From: Bilabrum cf. latius
Lineage: Eukaryota
Assembly (NCBI GenBank): GCA_965178125.1
Contig: OZ237750.1
Coordinates: 744,001 to 808,000 of the forward strand
Direction: 5' to 3'
DNA: 64,000 nt
Under the pieces are notes generated by a model. It had not been told where the DNA came from and searched no databases. It was given only the letters and a program-made list of their open reading frames with translations. Position numbers and translations under genes: made by a program. Numbering within the stretch: the first letter of the stretch is position 1; every line of letters starts with the position of its first letter. This document shows, in pieces, positions 38,755 through 50,720 of the stretch.

Positions 38755-41687
38755 ATGCGTTCCTTAGCACGTGCAGTCGTGGCATGCTGCAGCGTGGGTG
38801 CTTTCGCATCGCAGATCGATATCGACTTCTCGAGCGCCGCGAGGCGATTCGATGGAGTTGGCGCGCTGAGCGGAGGCGGCGGAGTAACCCGCCTTTTAGT
38901 CGACTACGAGGACCCCGATGTCCGGTCAGATGTACTTGATGCGCTGTTCAAGCCCATGGCTGGGGCATCCCTGCACTGGCTGAAAGGTAAGGTGGATCTA
39001 GCACTGCTCGTCATCGACCGATTCCCCCCGGGTATCCCCCGCTACAAAACATCATATCCTACGCTAGCGCACTCCAACTCGCAGTGGAGATCGGAGGTGA
39101 CACGGACTCCACAGAGGGGACTGAACCCAGCCACATGCACACCAAAACCGATCTTTGCTATTATCGCGGCTACGAGTGGTGGATGATGACCGAAGCTCGC
39201 AAGAGAAACCCAGACATTGAGCTGTACGGCCTGTCCTGGGGTGTTCCGGGGTGGATCGGAGGCGGGGAGTTCTTCAGCGAAGACAACGTGGGCTATCACG
39301 TGTCTTGGCTGGAGGGCGCCCGAGACGCCCACAACCTCGGCTCTGACTTTGTGATGGGCCAGTGGAATGAGCGAGACTACAACGTTGACTGGACTATTGC
39401 CCTGCGGAAGGCAATGGACAGCGCGGGGTTCAACGATTCTCGCGTCATCGTCGCCGACAACGAGTGGGCTCCTATCCAGGACCTCATCCAGAACGCTTCC
39501 TTCCGCGAGGCAGTGGACATCGTGGGCGTGCACTACCCCGACACTGGCAAGCGCCTGCCCCCACCCCCGGGCGCCCTAGAGCTGAACATGCCATTGTGGG
39601 CCTCTGAGTTCTGGGACCTCGGCCAGGTGAACGACTGGCAGGGTGCCCTTCGGCTTGCCCAGAACATCAACGACAACTACGTGATGGGCACGATCACGGG
39701 GCACATCATCTGGAACACCATGTTCTCCTGGTACGCCATCCTCCCCTTCTCTAAGCCGGACGACTCCACCAGCGGCATGGGTCACGGCGTGGTGGCCGCA
39801 GCTCAGCCGTGGAGCGGGCACTGGGTCGTGTCTCCGACCGCCTATGCAGCAGCGCACACCACGCAGTTTGCCATGCCGGGGTGGCACTATCTCAATCAGA
39901 GCACGGGCGCTAGCAGTCCGGGAGGCGCGGGCAGCCTGCCAGGTGGCGGCACGTACTTGACTCTCCTCTCCGGAGACGGCAAGGATTTCTCCATCGTGAT
40001 TGTCACCGCAGGCGCGTCCAAGCCTCAGTCCGTCACCTTCAAGCTCCAGGGGGCCCCTGCAGGCACGGGTTCTCTCCCCAGAAGAACCCCTCGCCCGGAC
40101 AAGAGAACCGCGAGGGCGCGCCGGGCCAGTGGCCTGCCCGAGGTGGAGCCGCCGGTGGCGCAGCGTGGCAACTCCGGTCCGTCAAGCCTGCACGCATGGC
40201 GCACCACGGAGCCCGTTCGCTTCCAGCAGCTCCCCGACGTAGCCGTTGGAACGGACGGCGCTTTCACCATCGAACTTGAGGCTGGGGCCATATACACGTT
40301 GACCACAACGTCGGGCCAGGGCAGAGCGGAGCCAAGCAAGCCGATCCAGCCGTCTGCCCCTTTCCCATTCCCCTACTCTGACGACTTCAACAGCTACGAC
40401 CCGAACCGGTACTACTCCAAGTACTTTAGCGATCTCGCCGGCGTCTTCACCCTGAACGACCACCCGACCAAGCCCCAGACGTGGGAGTCCAGCGGCACCA
40501 CGGCGACCTAGTCCAGAAACGGCACGGTCTCGGACTCGGCCACATCAAACACCCCTTACCTGCGGCAGGTGATCACCCAGCGGCCCATCGCGTGGACGGC
40601 GAATCCGGACCCCTCCTCCATCATCGGAGACTTCAACGACCCGTCCACACACCCGGGCCAGCTGTGGAGCCCCAACATCACGCTGCAGATAGATGGCCGC
40701 ATTGACGCCTACACCCCGGGGGGCGGACGCGCCGGCGTGTCAATGGAGGCATGCAGCAAGGACGACGACGCGCAGGGCTGGACCGTGTCGGAGGTGTCCG
40801 GATCTCCGGGATATTTCGAGCTGCGGGGCCACGATGGCAGGAGCAGCAGGAGCAGCAGCAGCAGCAGCAAGACAGGGCATGGAAGCTCACCCGGCGTGGG
40901 CAGCATGTTCGCAGAGGAGCCGACCTGCCTTGCAGTGAACGGCACCTATCAGCCCATCGCGGGGGCGTCCATGGTGGTGCACCAGCCCTGCGCGTGGGGC
41001 CCAGCGTCCTCTCGGCAGTGGACCCTGGACAAGTCCTCGGGGCACATCTCCAACAGCCAGGGCCTGTGCGTGGACATTGCCGCTGCTTCCAAGAGCCCCG
41101 GTGCGGCAGTAGTGGCCTGGCCCTGCAAGAGCCCGCCGGATGACGACAACGAGAAGTGGGGGCTCCCAAGCTCGGATCCATCGGGGCCCGTAGTGCACCT
41201 GCTGTCGAGCTTCAATGGCCTGTGCGCGGAACGGCAGCCAGCCCCAGGTGCGAGCGGCAACGGCACGTACCTGAGCCTGTGCGGGCATGTGGCGACCTTC
41301 AACAGGAAGCCCGTCCCTTTGCCAGGGTACTGCGGGGAGGTGCACCCTGCGGGAGAAGATGGGAGCGGGTAGGCTCGCTGGGTGCTTCGATTTGAGACGG
41401 AGGTGCTGGCACAGGGCACCATCAACGGGACGGTACAGCTTGGCGACTGGCAGCGCATGCGGCTCGACCTCCAGGGCGCGGGATCAGGAGCGGAGGTGGG
41501 TGGCGGTTCGGTTTTGGTTCGGGATGGTCCACCTGTGGGCGTGCGGTTCAGCTTGAATGGTACCACGCTGCATCAGGGGCGCTACACGAGCGGTCTGGGG
41601 TATGGTATGGCTGGAATCGGGTGCGGCTACCATTTCGCCAGCTTTGACAATTTTAACGCAGCGCCGTTGCATGCTGATTTGAGCTGA
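38755..41687 (+). CDS. GALC: Galactocerebrosidase (GH59) with inserted ricin-B lectin domain; intron 38987-39084
   Basis: FDGVGALSGGGGVTRLLVDY, LKVEIGGDTDSTEGTEPSHMH, RGYEWWMMTEARKRNPDIELYGLSW, WNER, LWASE, AHTTQF, PFPFPYSDDF; ricin-type QWT..GHISNSQGLCVD; TAG 40509 and 41370; TGA stop. Confidence 0.95.
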
Positions 41688-42296
41688 GACCAATAGCGGG
41701 CCAACCGTGCATGTTTTTACGGAAGCCCGGTAACACGCGGCAGAAGTCCCTTGACCATGCTCCTATCGCGGCGGGCGTGTTCTCCGTGAGGGGCTTCAGC
41801 CCAAGCGCCATGAATGCCGCGAATGCCTCCACTGGCAATGAGTTGCGCCCCCAGTCTGCCATCCTGCTGTGCGAGTAGTCGTAGACGGCGCTGGGTCCTT
41901 GGCAGGCTTCAAAGCAGTGCTGCTGCTGCGCTGAGGGTACACAAGGATGCGGGTGGGGAAAGCGGGCTTCGACGTCGGGGGCAGTCTTTCAGCGAGTGGC
42001 TGGAGTAGGAGAGGAACGTGCGAAGGTGAGGCGGGGGCAGGCTGCGTCTCCGCCGATACCGAGTGCTCATGAATCATGATGTTACGAACGAAAGGAATGC
42101 ATTACACACGCATCAATAAGTCCGAACGACGGTTTGGGGCGGGCCAATGGCGGGTCGAATACGAGGTCGGTTAGGGGGGAGGATCGATCGGATCGGATTC
42201 AAAAATACACGCTATTATTGTATAATTCTTATTTTCTACCGTTTGGCTTATTGACATCCTAATGACTCGAATAGAAATTCGTTCGAATTAATACCC

Positions 42297-45200
42297 ATGA
42301 AAATAAAAGAATAGTTTAAGTGGAGGCTGTCCGTGAGATATCTCAGTGATTCTCGTGCTTCGTAAACAAACTTGAGGGCATTTGTTGGATGCAATTCCGG
42401 CTACAGTTGATTTTAACTTTCGCAGTTATAGCAGGCGATCAAGACTGGCAGGGCAAAGAAATCCAATGATAGAATACACGCTGCCTCGTGCGGAATGACA
42501 ACAGTGGGATAGCTCGGGCCAGGCTTCAGAGCTGCAGCCGTACAGCAACTGCTGCTAGGCCACAATCGGTTGGAGAACGCAAAGGGACTTCAGCAGTTCA
42601 TTAACCTCAGGAAATTGTCTCTAGCTGGAAATCTCATGCGAGACGAAGACGACTTCTTGCCATACTTGAGAAACTTGCGGTGCTTGTCACATCTCTCCAT
42701 TCGGGGTAACGCTGTCGCCCGGCTGCCAGACACCCGACTCAAAGTTGTCGCTGCCCTGCCTTAGCTACAATGCATTGATGGTTGCGTGAGAGTTAAAGGA
42801 AGCTGCCTCCCTCAACACTGCTCGTCGAAGTCAATCGAGTGTAGCTTGATCCAACCGCATGCTGCAAACGATCGCAGGATATCAAGGACAGCGAACGGCA
42901 TCTAGCCAGCGCGCTGTGGCAGCGGTCTACGAGACTTGTGAATCGAGTGTGTGCTGCATTGTATAGGGCCGATCGGCTCATCGCAGCCTGCGGCACCATC
43001 CGCGCGCACGCCGAGCTCAGGCGCCGGGTGGACCAGGACGGGGCCAGGTTCTGCCTGCCGCCGGGTGTGGGCATGCCCAGGCCGAGCCCTTTTCGTCCCA
43101 ATGTCGGTGCAATTATGGAAGTTTTGATGAATGAACCGCCTACTGGTGAGAGTCCAGCGCTCCTGTGTGACGCGTTTCAGTTGGCTAGCTGTCTTGCTCC
43201 AGGGTGCCGCGTGGCCGTGTCTTCCTACTTGACCCTGTCCCGATGAACGCTCCTCTGCTTGTTTCTGTGCCGCAGAAACGTTTGTGAACAGTGCCAGGCG
43301 CAGAGTTCGCCAGGCCATCGCTGCATTGTTCGAGAAAGCTGCAGCAAGGAACCGCCGGCTGCTTCGTAAGGCATCGAGTAGAAAGGCGACGGGCAGAGCT
43401 GCTGCTGCCGGGGCACCGACACAGGCACATGGAACCACAGGAGAAATTGCGGAGCACAGGCCCAACCATCGTGGCCTGAAGACTCGCCCGGCAGTGCCAA
43501 CTGCAGCTGCATCTGAGTCCCACTCAAAACAAGCGAGCATAGGTGACCCACAGAGTGGTCCTGCCAAGGGACAGGGGAGGCGGTAGAAGCGCGCAAACGC
43601 AGCAAGCGTGACCGGCCCTGGACCTGATCTTGCCGTGCCATCGCCATAGCCGACGTATGCGAGCCTTGCTGCAGGTCGCGAAAGACAACGACTGCAGCGG
43701 GTGTCCCCTGGGTCCGACAGCGCACCGCGAGGCAAAGCTCCGCCGCCCAAAGCGAGCGCAAGTAGCCGAGGCGCACTAGATGCAGATCCGTTGGACGGCT
43801 TGCCCGAGATCAGCTCTTCCACCGTGTCCCCAGAGCTGGCGGCGCTGCACAGGGCCCAGGCACGAGTGCTCGCCAACGCGCTCGATGCGGAGGCCGAGGC
43901 TTTGCGGGCCTGCGAGCGAGAGGCTGATCGGGACTTCCTCATGCAGAAACAGGTGGCTAGCAGAGACCCTGGAGGCCTGCGGGATGCAGTTATCGAGCAA
44001 GAAAGCAGACAGCGGCACAGGCTGCGTGCCATTGAGATGCTCGATCGCCGACACGCAGCTCGGCAAGGGCGCATGAGTGCCGCCAGTTCCGGCGCAGGGT
44101 AGACCCTGCACGCTCCCGATGGTGATGTTGGAAAGGGAATAGAGACAGCCGCTGGCGACCACGGGACGATCGCGAGCAGCAGTGGTACCGGGGCCAAAGC
44201 GGCAAAGGTGCACCCCGCGGGCTCCCTAGCTGCAAGTTCATCAGAACGGGGGGTTCCAAGTATACAATTGGCTAGGCATCGTTCACCCAAGTCTACAGCT
44301 ACAGGCGGACCGCGTAAAAGGGACGGTGCTCTGCAGCTCAAGGCATCCAAGGTATCAGCTGCGTTCTTGGATGGACCAATAGACCCAGTCGAGGCCAGCA
44401 GATATCGCGGACAAGGTCGTGCAGGTATTTAGGCCGCAACTGGCAGAAGCTACGGGCGGCGACCATCGTCGCAACGAGGGTCCCCAGCCCGCTCCCCGCG
44501 CCCTAGGTCTCACAGTGCAGCTGTTTACCAACAGGAAGTCTCGTCCCCGCCTCATCCACGGCCATTCCCCTCTACTGCGGCGCCCATGCCTCTTCACCGT
44601 CCCAATATACGCTCACATGTGGTTCAGGCAAAACAAGTGGCAAGCAAGGGGCGCCTTGTTCATGACAGTGGGACGATACGAGCAACTGGGACGCTCAAGC
44701 CGGGCATGGACTTCGAGGCACGGACATGGCGCACGGATGATTTCGGCACACCTAGCACCGCATCTACTCAAGGGCGCCGTCCGAGCCCCGAACAGGATGC
44801 CCGTGCTACTCTCCGTGCTAGCGGCCACTTGCCCTGGCTTGATGGTGAGCTTACGCAGCGCCTGCCCACCTCGCTCTGCGCGATGCAGCGCCAGATCGTC
44901 AGCATGGACCATGCTCTGTAGCGGGAGAGGCGGCGCAGGCATGATCGAGACACGCAGCATAGGATCGGACAGATGCAGCTGCTTTCAAGGCACGGGACTT
45001 CCCATGGCGATAGCAGTCCTGTGGTCATGCAGCGTGAGTCCAACAGACCGCCTCGAGAGGACGTGATTCAATCAGGTTTACTTCCAGCAGACAGAGCTGA
45101 TGCGTCTCCCACTGTGCCGAGGGGTGCAAGTGATCAAGAAGGACGAGTCAAGTGTGCGGCCAGCTCTAAGAGCAGTGGAGCTAGCACCTCCGATGAGGGT

Positions 45201-48200
45201 GAAGCTCCTTTGGGCGAGTCCAACACAGCGAGCGCACTACGCGCTGCTACCAATGACCAGTGCGCCTCTGGATCTACAGGGAAGCCATCTGGGACGCTTG
45301 ATCGTGTGGATACCGTGGTGCCAGTGGGGGCATCAAATGGCCCTGCAGGTCAGGATGCCAGCAGCGCAAATGCGGACGTGGACTCGGTGCTGACTCGTAG
45401 GGCTGACTCCAGCTCCCAGGACGCGGCCGAACGTGGCCCAAGCGCCAATGTGCTGGCCAAACCTCGGCCTGCAGCTGACAGATCTCCAGAGACAATTGAT
45501 GAGCAGGACTCTGCAAGAACTCGACAGCTTCACGCAGAGGCGGCCGCACTGTCAGCATCCCGCAGTGGTGTACACTGGTCCGTGCAAGAGCTTCGAGGTG
45601 CCGCGTACATCCCAACGAGGCTGTCGGTCCACAGCAGCGTGCCGACAACCAGCGCTGATCGTGTCCTTATTGCAGCCAGGACGACAGGCTTGCAGCCCGC
45701 GTTTGTTGCAGAGTAGTCCAGGGGGGCCGATGCAGGCAAGACGTCTGGTACATCTGAGCAGCTGCAGGCAGCCGATGAGACACTGGATGATTCCACTCCG
45801 GAGCCTCGCTCCATCGATCGGTTGGCTGTAGCACATGCTGCGGCTGCATTTATCGTGCCTGCGCGACCTCGCCAACGAAAGCTCCTGCCTTGGTCGCCCA
45901 CAAGGAGCAATGCTAGCGTCGCCCCGCGGAGCGTACATGCTGCTGAAGCGCCTGGTGTCCAGGACGGCACCGGGGTGGAGGCATCCGTTGCGGCTACTGG
46001 TGTCCAGGACGGCACCGGGGTGGAGGCATCCGTTGCGGCTACTGGTGTCCAGGACGGCACCGGGGTGGAGGCATCCGTTGCGGCTACTGGTGTCCAGGAC
46101 GGCACCGGGGTGGAGGCATCCGTTGCGGCTACTGGTGTCCAGGACGGCACCGGGGTGGAGGCATCCGTTGCGGCTACTGGTGTCCAGGACGGCACCGGGG
46201 TGGAGGCATCCGTTGCGGCTACTGGTGCCCAGGAGGAAATCGCCGCGTAGCGATCCATGTCACCTAATGCACCCAGTGAGCATCTTGCCTAGGTGGAGGC
46301 TGGGTCGCCGCAAATAAGTATGCCTGGCTCCAGCGCACCACCTAGTGAGTCGATTGCCACCTAGCGTGATGCATTGGACTAGCTGCCATCGGGCAGTTCA
46401 ACAATGCCCCCGCCTCCTGCTCGGGCACCAGAGGTCCAGTAGGTTGAGTCTCGCGCGTGTGACGCACTGCCAAGCGTGCCCACAGCCGAAATCCGGGACC
46501 CTGCAGGCTGGGCCTAGCCATGGTTGGCTACAAAAGCGACAGATACGGTAGCCGCGGCGGTATCTTCCAGCGTGACAGCCGCTGTTGCTTCCGCACTCAG
46601 CACAATTTAGGGCGTGCATGCAGATGCATACACGGGTCAGACTAGACCGGTTGCATCTACTGCAGCGCAGCTGCTGCCTGCAGCTGTTGCTGCCTCTGAA
46701 CGACAGACACGTGGCTATTCTTGCGCTCCCATGTCTGAGGGTGGCGATGCTCCAGCTGAGCCTGACGATGATCAGGGCATGCATAGCAAACAGGGCAGTG
46801 ATGAGCATGCCACTGCAATGAAGCGCCGCTCAAGGCAGAATCTACGGGCTGCCGCTGCCGCTGTCGTTCGAGCCAGGGTGGTTAGGCTTGGGCGGCAGAC
46901 GCTGAGACGAATGCGGAGCGAGCTGATGCGCAGGTTGCTGCAGGCGAACAGCGTCACCTAGGCGACAAGTCCGAGCAGCGCATCCAGGGAAGTGGGGGGG
47001 GCCATTCCCGCAGAACATGCAACGGATGCCGTGGTAGCACCATCGCGTACATCGGAGAGTGCTGTGCTGAAGCAAGGAGGCCCCCTTTCTGAGACACCCC
47101 CGAGGGCCATGCTCGGCAAGAGATTGCCGCACCGTCTGCATGCAAGCCCGCCCAAGGCAGCCCCATTGCCAAGATGCAAGACAGCCGCGAGTACTCTCCA
47201 TGATGTTAGTAGTGGCGGTGTGTCTGCCAAGCAGGCTGCCATGCCTGCTACACGCTTGCCAGTGCATCCCGAACCAGATGAATAGCTCAGCCCATCAGTA
47301 GTAGAAGAAAGCTGCCCGACTTCCATTCCGCAAGATGACAGTGCATCTTCTACAGCAGAGCCGTAGGTTTCTCTGCCACCTGGGACAGGCCCCAGCGGTG
47401 TGGAAGGTCCGGCAGGAGAGTCCCCTGTCAGTCGGAGCGCCCCTGCGAAATAGCAGTCGCTTGACAGGATGTAGCTAGAAAAAGAGGCCAGTTCTGGAGA
47501 AGGCGCGGGAGCTAGAACTAGGATTGACTTGCGATTGGTCAGGCGCGCATTCAAACAGCCAGATCGTGCTAGCAATGGGATGCGTCTCCATGCACAGTCG
47601 CCCTCCGAGAAAGCAAGGGCCCGGCTGGCTGCCCATCGTGTGGCAAGGCAATGGGACGGGAGCGATCACGTGAGGGATGCCGGTGATATACAGCACTCGC
47701 AGAGCAAAAGCGCCGTTGCCCAACGCGCCGGTGGAAAAGCTGCCTTATCCCAGCCGAGTGCCGACCCTGAGGTCGCCGTTCTTCGAAGCGGTGAATCCTC
47801 AGCGGCAAGGCTACATCGAATGCGAGCCGAAGCCGCGCTCGCCACTGCTCTGCACCGGGCCATGCGACAACAGCTGACGGCATCCACTGCGGCTCTGCTA
47901 TAGGAGAGCACTGCTCGGGACCAGCTAGAGAAGAAGCAGAGGGACCTGCAGAGTCGCAGCAACGCCCTCGCTAGACACGCTGCTGCGCTTCAGGAGCAGC
48001 TGGAAATGGCTCGCAGGGAGGCTGCAGATGCCACGATCAGCGCGGCCACGGGTGCAAGGAGCTTTAGTCGGAGCCTCGGGGTGGCCAGGCAGGCCACAGC
48101 ACGAGCAGAGAGCGAGCGAAATCGCTTGCAGGTATCTCTGGAGAGGGTACTGGAGGCTGCGACGGAGCAGCGGGGCAGGGCTGCGGCCCAGCTGGATACC

Positions 48201-48509
48201 ATGCAGAGGATGGCGATATCGGCGCAGCAGCGCGTCGCCCGCGCGGAGCACCAGATGCGGCGGGCTGCTGCGGCGGCCAGAGCCGTGATTGGGCGCTCGG
48301 ACAATCAGCGGCTGCAGGCGCAGGCGGCTGCCGCCGCTTGTAAACGCGCGTAGGCCGTCGCTGTAGCTGCTCAGCGGAGTGCCGAGGCTCGGCGAGCTGA
48401 GGCTGAAGAGGCCATGCAATCTGCTCGCATGCGATACGAGGCCGCGGAAGACGCACTGTTCGAGCACCGCCGTCTGGCAGCTTTGCAGCGTGGAACGTCT
48501 CGGTCATGA
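42297..48509 (+). CDS. Leucine-rich-repeat (SDS22/U2A'-type with LRRcap) protein with long disordered middle and C-terminal coiled coil (~1,950 aa); 3 introns; possibly centriolar/ciliary
   Basis: LLLGHNRLENAKGLQQFINLRKLSLAGNLM..LSIRGNAV..KVVAALP*LQCIDGCDIKDSERHLA; introns 42333-42425, ~42786-42877, ~43146-43275; downstream ORFs in one frame joined by TAG; TGA 48507-48509. Confidence 0.75.
45954..46234 (+). repeat. 45-bp perfect coding tandem repeat x6 (GVQDGTGVEASVAAT)
   Basis: Unit ggtgtccaggacggcaccggggtggaggcatccgttgcggctact occurs six times identically, plus a partial copy. Confidence 0.97.
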
Positions 48510-48684
48510 GCCTAGTCTCTGGGCTCGTCGCAGCATGATTCGGTTATTATTGTGTATTGTTGACTGCACCAAGAGTAAGCGAGTGCAATGTACTCACATC
48601 ATTGGAAGCTTCATTGCTGAACACGACGAAGTATGCATTAAAAATCCCCTTTTTGAACACAGTGCTAAAAAACTCGGAAGCTAC

Positions 48685-50526
48685 TTACAGGTGGGCCTCA
48701 AGTGTGAAGGATGGGTACTGCTTGCATCCACTTCCACCTCGAAATGTGCTTGCCCCTGCAGCTGCTCTCACCAACGAGCTAAAACCTAGCCCCCCACTTG
48801 CCTGCGCCGCGGTGTTGCCGCCTGCAGACGCTCCCCCGGTGGCTGCTCCAGTACCGCTTGGGCTGGCAGTGGCTGCCTTCGTATTGGCCATGCCCTGGAC
48901 ACCAGATTCTGCCGAAGTCCTGGCCACTGAAATCGCCGGCATCTCGTCTACTGGAGCCGCCTCGACCGACATGGTCGGCGCAGTGGGCATACTGTGTGGC
49001 ACCAACGAGGTCAGCTTGGTGCGGTTCGAATCCTGGGGCGGCGTGATCTCCCCTCGCAGGTTCGCAGACATCATCGCAGTAACCTTGGCAGGCGAGTACC
49101 CCTGTCCCAAGAGATAGCCGAGCTTCAGAACCGCCGCATCTGTGGTCATGTCACCGGCTGATACGACCCCCCGCTTGGACAAGTTCCTGCCTAGAGCGTA
49201 GTCGTCAAGGTGCACGGACCCCTTGATACACTGCGAGCACGCCACCACGATGATGCCGCGCTCCATGGCCTCCGTGATGGCGTCCAGCAGCTCAGTCTTC
49301 CGCGCACTCATGTTGCCGGTGCCGTACAGCTGCAGCACTACGCCCTTAAGCGACGGCGTCTTGCGGATGATAGAGTAAATGTAGTCGTCGCTGAATCCAG
49401 GCACCATCCGCAGCACCGCGATGTCGGTGCACAGGCCCATGGCGAGGCGGATTCGGCTGCGCGGTTGAGGAAGGAACAGGTGCGCGCGTATCCGAAACCT
49501 GGTCTCCAGCTTCACCAGGGCCGGCGAGTTGGGCGACTCGAAGGCGTCCAGCCCCGACGAGTTGGTCTTGAGGCACCTGTTGCCTCTGAAGAGCGAGTCG
49601 TTCATGAAGAGACCCACCTCGGGCAGCTCGAGGTAGGCCGCCAGGATGATCGCCACAAGTAGATTGCGCCTAGCGTCGTTATACAGCTCTGCGATGGGCA
49701 CCATGGACCCCGTGCATATGATGGGCTTGCCCAGCGCCTCGAACATGAACGACAGGGCAGTGGCGCAGTAGGCCATCGTGTCAGTGCCGAGGACAACGAC
49801 AAAGCCGTCGTAGTCCAAGTAATTCTCGTACAAACTCTTTGCAATGATTCTCCAGTCGTCGGGATCCATGTCAGAGCTGTCAATGAGCGGCTGAATCTCC
49901 CGAATGTCCAGTGCCGGGGCGTCGTGCGAGTCCAACTCGGACATGGACCGCATTCTTGACTCCAAATACCCAGGGACCGGCTCCAGCGCCCCTTCGGCGT
50001 TCGGTTTCATACCAAGCGTGCCGCCCGTGTACAAAACCAGAACCGTGCGTTCGCCTGGAGCCCCAGTGCGTGGCTTGATCGCCTGCACCTTGGTCAGTTT
50101 GCGAGATCGCAGGCGAGCCAGCTCGTCTGCAGGCTTCCCTGCCAGCTCTCGGCCAAATGTGTCAGTCTATACGTGCGATTCGGCTGAATTGCTTCCATCA
50201 AGACCATCAGGAGTCGCGCTTACTGCCTCCAACACTGCACCTGCTGCAGTTGCACTTCGCTGATTGTTGGCCAAGTCAAGCGAAGACAAACCGCCTCGCC
50301 TACCATGCCCACTCGCACAATCTGATGACACTGATTCCGCTATTGGTCTCGTGCTACGCACGACCTCACTGTTGCAGCATTCGGATGTGCCACAGCTAGA
50401 TATGCAACGAGTTTTTGATGGCAAACCGACCTCTTTGCACGGGTCAGCCGATGCAACTCCAGATGAAGTTGATATGCAACTATCAACTTTGCCAAAACAT
50501 GCTTTCACAGGGGAAACACCGTCCAT
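48685..50526 (-). CDS. L-asparaginase type I (cytosolic; N-terminal low-complexity extension; no ankyrin repeats seen)
   Basis: LYTGGTLGM, LIDSSDM, GFVVVLGTDTMAY, KPIICTGS, FRGNR, FESPN, YGTGN, SQC, DMTTDAAVLKL, NLRGE; upstream ORF joined through TAG 50167; TAA at 48685 overlaps a GTAAGT donor-like site, so the true 3' end is uncertain. Confidence 0.92.
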
Positions 50527-50720
50527 TATTCCTTGCAAATGAGACGTTCAGATTCCGTGGCGCCGCGCAAGCGAGACGCTGCCAAAGCGGAACCTACATT
50601 CTGAAGGCCGTTGTACAGAATCGTCGACGGGCTTTGCCGCCAGTCCAGTCCAGCATATTCGATACTCAGTCCTACCACTTAATTAAACATATTGTATCGT
50701 ACCATACTTGATCCATAGAT

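Noticed and set aside
41690-42290. Possible small minus-strand gene (ORFs 41653-41862, 41796-42077)
   Set aside because: No recognisable homology or convincing exon structure; left unannotated.
45954-46234. CRISPR-like array (also 33634-33912)
   Set aside because: No unique spacers; unit lengths are multiples of 3 and lie in frame within CDSs.
48510-48688. Extra 3' exons of asparaginase (GTAAGT and GTGAGT donor-like sites)
   Set aside because: Would need a ~34-nt intron, much shorter than others here, and adds no recognisable sequence; unresolved without RNA data.
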